DNA from: Octopus sinensis
Lineage: Eukaryota
Length of the DNA: 64,000 nucleotides
Direction of reading: 5' to 3'
Assembly: GCF_006345805.1 (NCBI RefSeq)
Contig: NC_043002.1
Coordinates: 31,434,001 to 31,498,000 of the forward strand
A program made the translations under genes and the position numbers. Below, piece by piece: positions 58,298-64,000 of the stretch. The notes under the pieces are model-generated. The model was not told the DNA's origin and did no database searches. It saw nothing but the letters and a program-made list of their open reading frames with translations. The stretch's first letter is position 1. Every line of letters begins with the position of its first letter.

Positions 58298-58750
58298 TAG
58301 TACAAGTCATTAAATTGTAATCAAAAGAAGAAATGGTTCAAATATAGACAAACTCCTTAAGTAAGCTAACTATATATTATTCTCGCCATTATATCTTTTT
58401 ATATATATTGATAGATATAAGTTACAATCTCTTTATTTATTTATATATTTTTAAATATATATATATTTATATATAAATCGATCTAACGTATTACATTTAA
58501 TTAATTTTAAGAATTAATTTCGTCAGACAATATACTATTTAATTATTAAGTGGCTTATTTATTTTTAATATTAAATTTTAAGTTAATTAGGTATTAAATT
58601 ATTTGATATTTAGTCAACTTTGTTATAGATTTGCTATATTAAATCTATAGATACTACACATGTATATTTATTATATAATTAGCTTCTTCAAGGAGTTTGT
58701 CTATATTTGAACCATTTCTTATTTTGATTACAATTTAATGACTTGTACTA
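58298..58750. mobile_element. MITE with TIRs of about 65 bp
   Basis: TAGTACAAGTCATTAAATTGTAATCAAAA...AACTCCTT and its reverse complement at 58681-58750; TA ends; AT-rich core. Confidence 0.85.
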
Positions 58751-58828
58751 CCTTTGTGCATTTTATTTAACTTTAAAGTATTTAATAATTTAAGTATTGT
58801 TTAAGTTTTCACTTATGTATATTAGTAT

Positions 58829-58874
<46 letters not shown>

Positions 58875-59267
58875 TATATATATTAATTAATTATTTTATT
58901 GTTCTAGTTTATTTTTAACCTGATTAGTGGCTATATTTATTTCGAAGTGATTTCAGTACTACTATAATCATTTCTTAAATATAGCCACGAAACTCGTGTC
59001 ATTATTCTAACAATTACATACATTTTTATTATTTTTTTTGCAATTTACTTAATCATTGAAATTTTATTATTTTAATTTTAATATTTCTATTATATGTAAT
59101 TTTCTAGATGCTGTAATTCATTTTGAATTGATAAAAGGTGGTTTTCTAATTTTTTATATATATTTTATGTTGTGTAAAATTTGATTTAGTATTTCTAAAT
59201 TGAATTTTTTTCCTTGTAAGTTTGGATTTTATTCCCTCAAATAGTAATTATATATATATATACATGC

Positions 59268-61900
59268 ATATATTTTTCTGGTATGGATGAAATGAAGACG
59301 AGCCATGCCACTCTGGCTGGTCTTCCCATCAAAACAGAAATAGCTAGATCCCTTCTTCCTCTACCCAAAGGTATTTCTGATCGCATCATGATACTAACGT
59401 TGGAACTTGATCACAGCACTCGTGCTACACTTGTAAGTTGTTATGCTCTAACCATGGCGCCTACCGAGCAGGAAAAGGATGAATTTTACAATCAACTCCG
59501 TGATACCATCTCCAGTTGTTACAATAGGGATAAACTTATCCTTATGGGTGACTTTAACGCTTGTGTTGGTACTGATCATCAGGCATGGGAGGATGTTTTT
59601 GGTCCCCATGTTGTTTGTTGAATGATCTCCAGCAGCCTACGTATGCTCTCCATCTGCAGGGAATTCAGTCTAAGCATCACAAATACCTTTTTTCAACAGT
59701 GAAATTGTTGCAAGACGACCTGGATGATTTGCATGTCATGGACTAAGAGACGAGATATCAGTAACTTTAACATTACACGTTCTTTTCATAGCACCTGTTA
59801 TATCTCTGACACTTCCGTAATATAGCAACATTCCATCTGAAACACGCAAGATTTCACAAGTCATCAGTGCCTAAGGGCATTAATTTTCTACTTTTGAAAA
59901 ATGTTGAAAAGCAAGCTGAACTCTCTATTAATTAGGACATGGATGGCACTCAACATTGCTGATATCAATGATGATATAGAATCATCTTGGAAGGCCCTGC
60001 CTCATGCAACGCACTCTGCATCTTTAGATGTTCTTGGAGTTACAGTTCGTAAACATTAAAATTGGTTCAGCAATAACAACATCGACGTCCAACATATGAT
60101 ACATAAGATGCACAACTCTCACAAAACATGGATAAATGATAAGAGCACATCCAGAAAAGAGAATGCCGAAAACAAATACAGAAGCCAGATTTAAATTGCC
60201 CTCAGGCAGATGAAAGAGGCTTGGTGTTCTTTGAAGCCTACTGAACTCCAAGAAGCTGCAGGCAGAAAGGATTCTAAAGCCTTTTTCATAGCTTCAAGAA
60301 AGTGTATTTTCCTCGAGAACATAGCGTTACTCCTCTATTAATGATGACACCATAGTGTCTATCCCACGGCACGCTGAAATACCGGAACACTATCTGGAGC
60401 CAACCTTCCTGGAAGTGGTAAACACTATTAAACGTATTTCTTCTGGCAAAGCGCATGGCAGTCCTTCCTGAAATCTACAAGCATGGTGAACAAAAGCTTT
60501 TTAAGAAACTGCATAACCTCTTCCTCAACATTTGGACGTTAGGCCGCATACCGCAGGATTTCAAGGGTGCCTCAATTCAATATCTTTATAAGAACAATGG
60601 AAACAGAAGTGTCTGTGATAATCATCGTGGAATATTGATTCTGTCTATTGCTGATAAGATTCTTGCTAAATTCATTCTTGACAGGATCATCAAACCCGTT
60701 GTAAATGATATCTATCCAAAATCTCAGTGCGGATTTTGATCTGGCTGTGGCACTATCGACATGTTCTTTTCCCTTCGACATTTCTTTGAGAAGGTATATG
60801 AGAGAGGTCAAGAGTTGTTCTTGATATTCTTTGACCTTACTAAGACCTTCGAAACTGTTAACAGGCAAGCACTATGGAAAATTCAGAAAAAGCTTCGTAT
60901 ACTTGACAAGAATGTTATAATTTCCCTTCATGATGGAATGAAGGCTGCTGTTGGGTCCAGTGGGGAATCTTCGATTTCCTTCGACGTTACAAACGGCACA
61001 AAACAGGTTTGTTTTATGGCGCATGTTTTGTTTGTACTCTTCTTTTCAGTGATGCTGAGGTCTGCTTTTGGCGGCATACAAAGTGGTGTCAAATTCCAGT
61101 TTCGAACAAGTGGTATTCGAAACACTCATCAGAGTTTCAAAGCTAAAACATTGCTACGCATCAGTATCATTCATGATCTACTTATTGCAAATGATGCAGT
61201 ACTTGTAGCATCCTCCTTAGAGGAAGCGCAGGAACTTCTAGACCAGTTTTCTGTTGCATGTAAAGCTTTTGGTTTGACTATCAGTATAAAAAAGACGGAA
61301 GTAATCCACCAAACTTGCCCTACTTCTAAATAAATTTTTTGTCAAGCAGAGGCCACCGGTTCACAATTTTCGTGACTCCTATACAGGTTGATGTGTAAGG
61401 CCTAACTTATGTGAAGCCATTTACATATCATGGAAATAAAGTGAATTCGAGCGCTTCCCTTAATGATGAAATCGTCAACCGTCTTGCAAAGGCAAGCAAC
61501 GCATTTAACAAACCCGGTCATCGCCTATGGAATGAAAGGGGCATGAAATTTGACACGAAATTACACGTCTATAAAGCTGCTATTCTTACCACTGTCTTGT
61601 GTGGCTCAGAATCGTGGATACCCTACAGATGACACATTAACCAACGAAAACTGTCTGAGGATAATCTGCGGTTATTCGCTAAAAGACAGAGTCTCCAATG
61701 TCGACTTGTTCAGAAAGTGTTAGGTTGATGGAAACAAGAGCTTCCTTATGCAATCACAATTGCGCTGGCGTGACCATGACGTCAAAAGATTGACGAAAGA
61801 CTACAAGAAGTCCTCATCTACAGCTAGCTTGAGAGTGAGCAGAGGAATGTTGGTTGACCATGGCTCAGATATAAAGACAAGCTCTAGAGTAACGTCTTAG
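59268..61900 (+). mobile_element. RTE-clade (BovB-like) LINE, decayed: APE endonuclease and RT
   Basis: LPKGISDRIM, LILMGDFNACVG (APE); PEIYKHG, CDNHRGI, SQCGF, FFDLTKTFETV, HDLLIANDAVL, FGLTISIKKTEV (RT); many stops and frameshifts. Confidence 0.9.
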
Positions 61901-62166
61901 AAATGAAGACAGCTAACAACATCGTTGTGTCAAAATGGTATTGAAAACTTTGTTGCAACCAGCATTGACAAACTTCGCGGTCCAAGGCAAAGGAGAAAAG
62001 CAGCTGAATATATACCACCTGCACTGTATGTTATGTGTATGCACAGAGAGAAAAAGAGAGAGAGAGAGAGAAAGAAAGACAGACAGAGACACAGATACAA
62101 AGACAGAGAATAAGAGTGCGAGAAAGATAACAAGACTGGTGAATATGTATATATATATATGTATGA

Positions 62167-62208
<42 letters not shown>

Positions 62209-63078
62209 GTGTGTGTGTGTACGTGTACGTATGCAAGTATGTATATTACATACATGTTATGTAGTCACTGTGTTGTTTTCCCTACGATCATTTCGTAATA
62301 ACACCAACGATAAACCATGGAATAATTATTAATTATAGCTTTAACATGTCTATAAACACCTTTCTTGGTACGAAAACTATGCACAGATCAACAGGTTATA
62401 CAGACGTGTTGTCTTGGCAATGGTCGCTATGACAAACGTTCTCATAGAATGTAGCTAGAATAATATACATGCCAAACAGGAAGCGTTCACTGATCCCTTG
62501 CGTTACTAGAAATAGTAACCAAATCTCTTGAATTCCTACACTACAGTCTCAATAAATTGGTGTGCGTAATGGGTCAAGTATTATTGAAAAATATAGATTT
62601 CATCTATCCGATTTCGCTCATTGGGTATGTGTCAACCGGGAACTATAAAAAATGTCATTTGTTTGAGATTCCATACGGCTACATCGATCTCAAGATCTCA
62701 TTGTCGCGAAGCAAACATCCACATCAGTCGCAGCCATATATACTTAACACTCATTCACACATACATATAGGCGAAGGTGCATATACAGGAGCAAACAGAC
62801 GCTCAAGCACACTTACACACACAAACACAAACGTACACACACACTTACTCACGCTCATACTTACACACATACATATACACACATTTATAGAGTTCATTGT
62901 GAAGCATGTTCATGTATTTCCTTATATTTTACCTTGTCAAATTCTTTGGCACAAATTTCCGCTATCATAACATGATACTCTCTTCATCATTCATTCTCTT
63001 ATATATGAGTGTGTATGCTCGCGCATGTGTATGTATTCACACACACACATATATATGTATGTCCTTGTGTGTGTGTGT

Positions 63079-63140
<62 letters not shown>

Positions 63141-63289
63141 AATCCTGCATATGTTTATGTATGTGGGGTAGTGCGTTTTTGAATGTGGATCGCATACGTG
63201 TGCATGCATGTATATACTGGTCCATTTAATCGTAAATGGCAGAGAACCGACAGGCGTTGAAGAAGCAGAAGACATACCATTCCCTACAA

Positions 63290-63359
63290 CTACCACCACC
63301 ACTGCCGCCACCGCCACCGCCATCGCCGTCGCCGCCTCCTCCAACACCGCCACCAGCAT

Positions 63360-63429
<70 letters not shown>

Positions 63430-63450
63430 GCTGATGCTGCTGCTAATACT
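63290..63450. repeat. (CCG/CCA)-(CTA)n trinucleotide tract
   Basis: Direct reading; gives poly-T/V/S/L ORFs. Confidence 0.95.
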
Positions 63451-63765
63451 ACTAGGAAATGTCGACCGGCATTGAATGTCAACATTCCATTTCCAGTAAA
63501 AATTATATGATGATTTATTTGGGTGTTGGAATCGTTGGCAGAGGCAGGTCATCTGTTGTAAAGTCTTTTTCGGGAGGTGATAAATCATACGATTGTACAA
63601 GGAAGGACTGCATAAAGCAGACGGCACTGTGATCAGCTAGAAATAGAAGAGGAGGCTGATGACGAAGAATAGCTACAACGATATCTGATTAACAAATGGT
63701 CATGAATGTTTCGGAATAATGATTGATTAAGTGTTATCAAATAAATAAAATAGGCAAAGAAGAAC

Positions 63766-63798
<33 letters not shown>

Positions 63799-64000
63799 GA
63801 AAGAGACAATGAGATATACGTAAAATGAAATAAAATAGCACGTATTCATTACAGCATTACGGTTCCTGACAATCTTTCGGCTGGTTGTGCCATCTAGATC
63901 CATTCAGGACGTGTATTGACTGGTCTCCGTCCCTCTCAGTCTCTCGCAAAATCTCTGACCTCTCATTGGTCGGCTGGATTTGTTGGCCGTGCATCTATCG

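Overview
Repeat-dominated, AT-rich eukaryotic DNA with one 100-N gap (1221-1320). The tRNA-derived SINE families, dense (TA)n/(CA)n/(TAA)n/(GATA)n microsatellites and LINE content match what I recall of octopus (Octopodidae) genomes; this is recognition, not a database search. I cannot support any host protein-coding gene, and most ORF-track entries are microsatellite translations. Supported elements: two Penelope-like elements (PLEs; RT, one with GIY-YIG), four Dong/R4-clade fragments set in trinucleotide tracts, a young 5'-truncated CR1-clade LINE nested in a SINE, a decayed RTE-clade LINE, a non-autonomous Helitron, a DINE-1/Helentron-like element, several MITE-like foldbacks, many SINEs and three microsatellite-bounded tandem duplications. 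The most striking signal is at the RNA level: several sequence-unrelated minimal type I hammerhead ribozyme motifs with self-complementary stem III (the dimer-cleaving type known from PLEs) and unusual core variants. They occur in PLE repeats, in both arms of a 1.4-kb inverted repeat, in a retrozyme-like direct-repeat array and in the tail of a tRNA-headed SINE. All folds were worked out by eye and none is shown to cleave.
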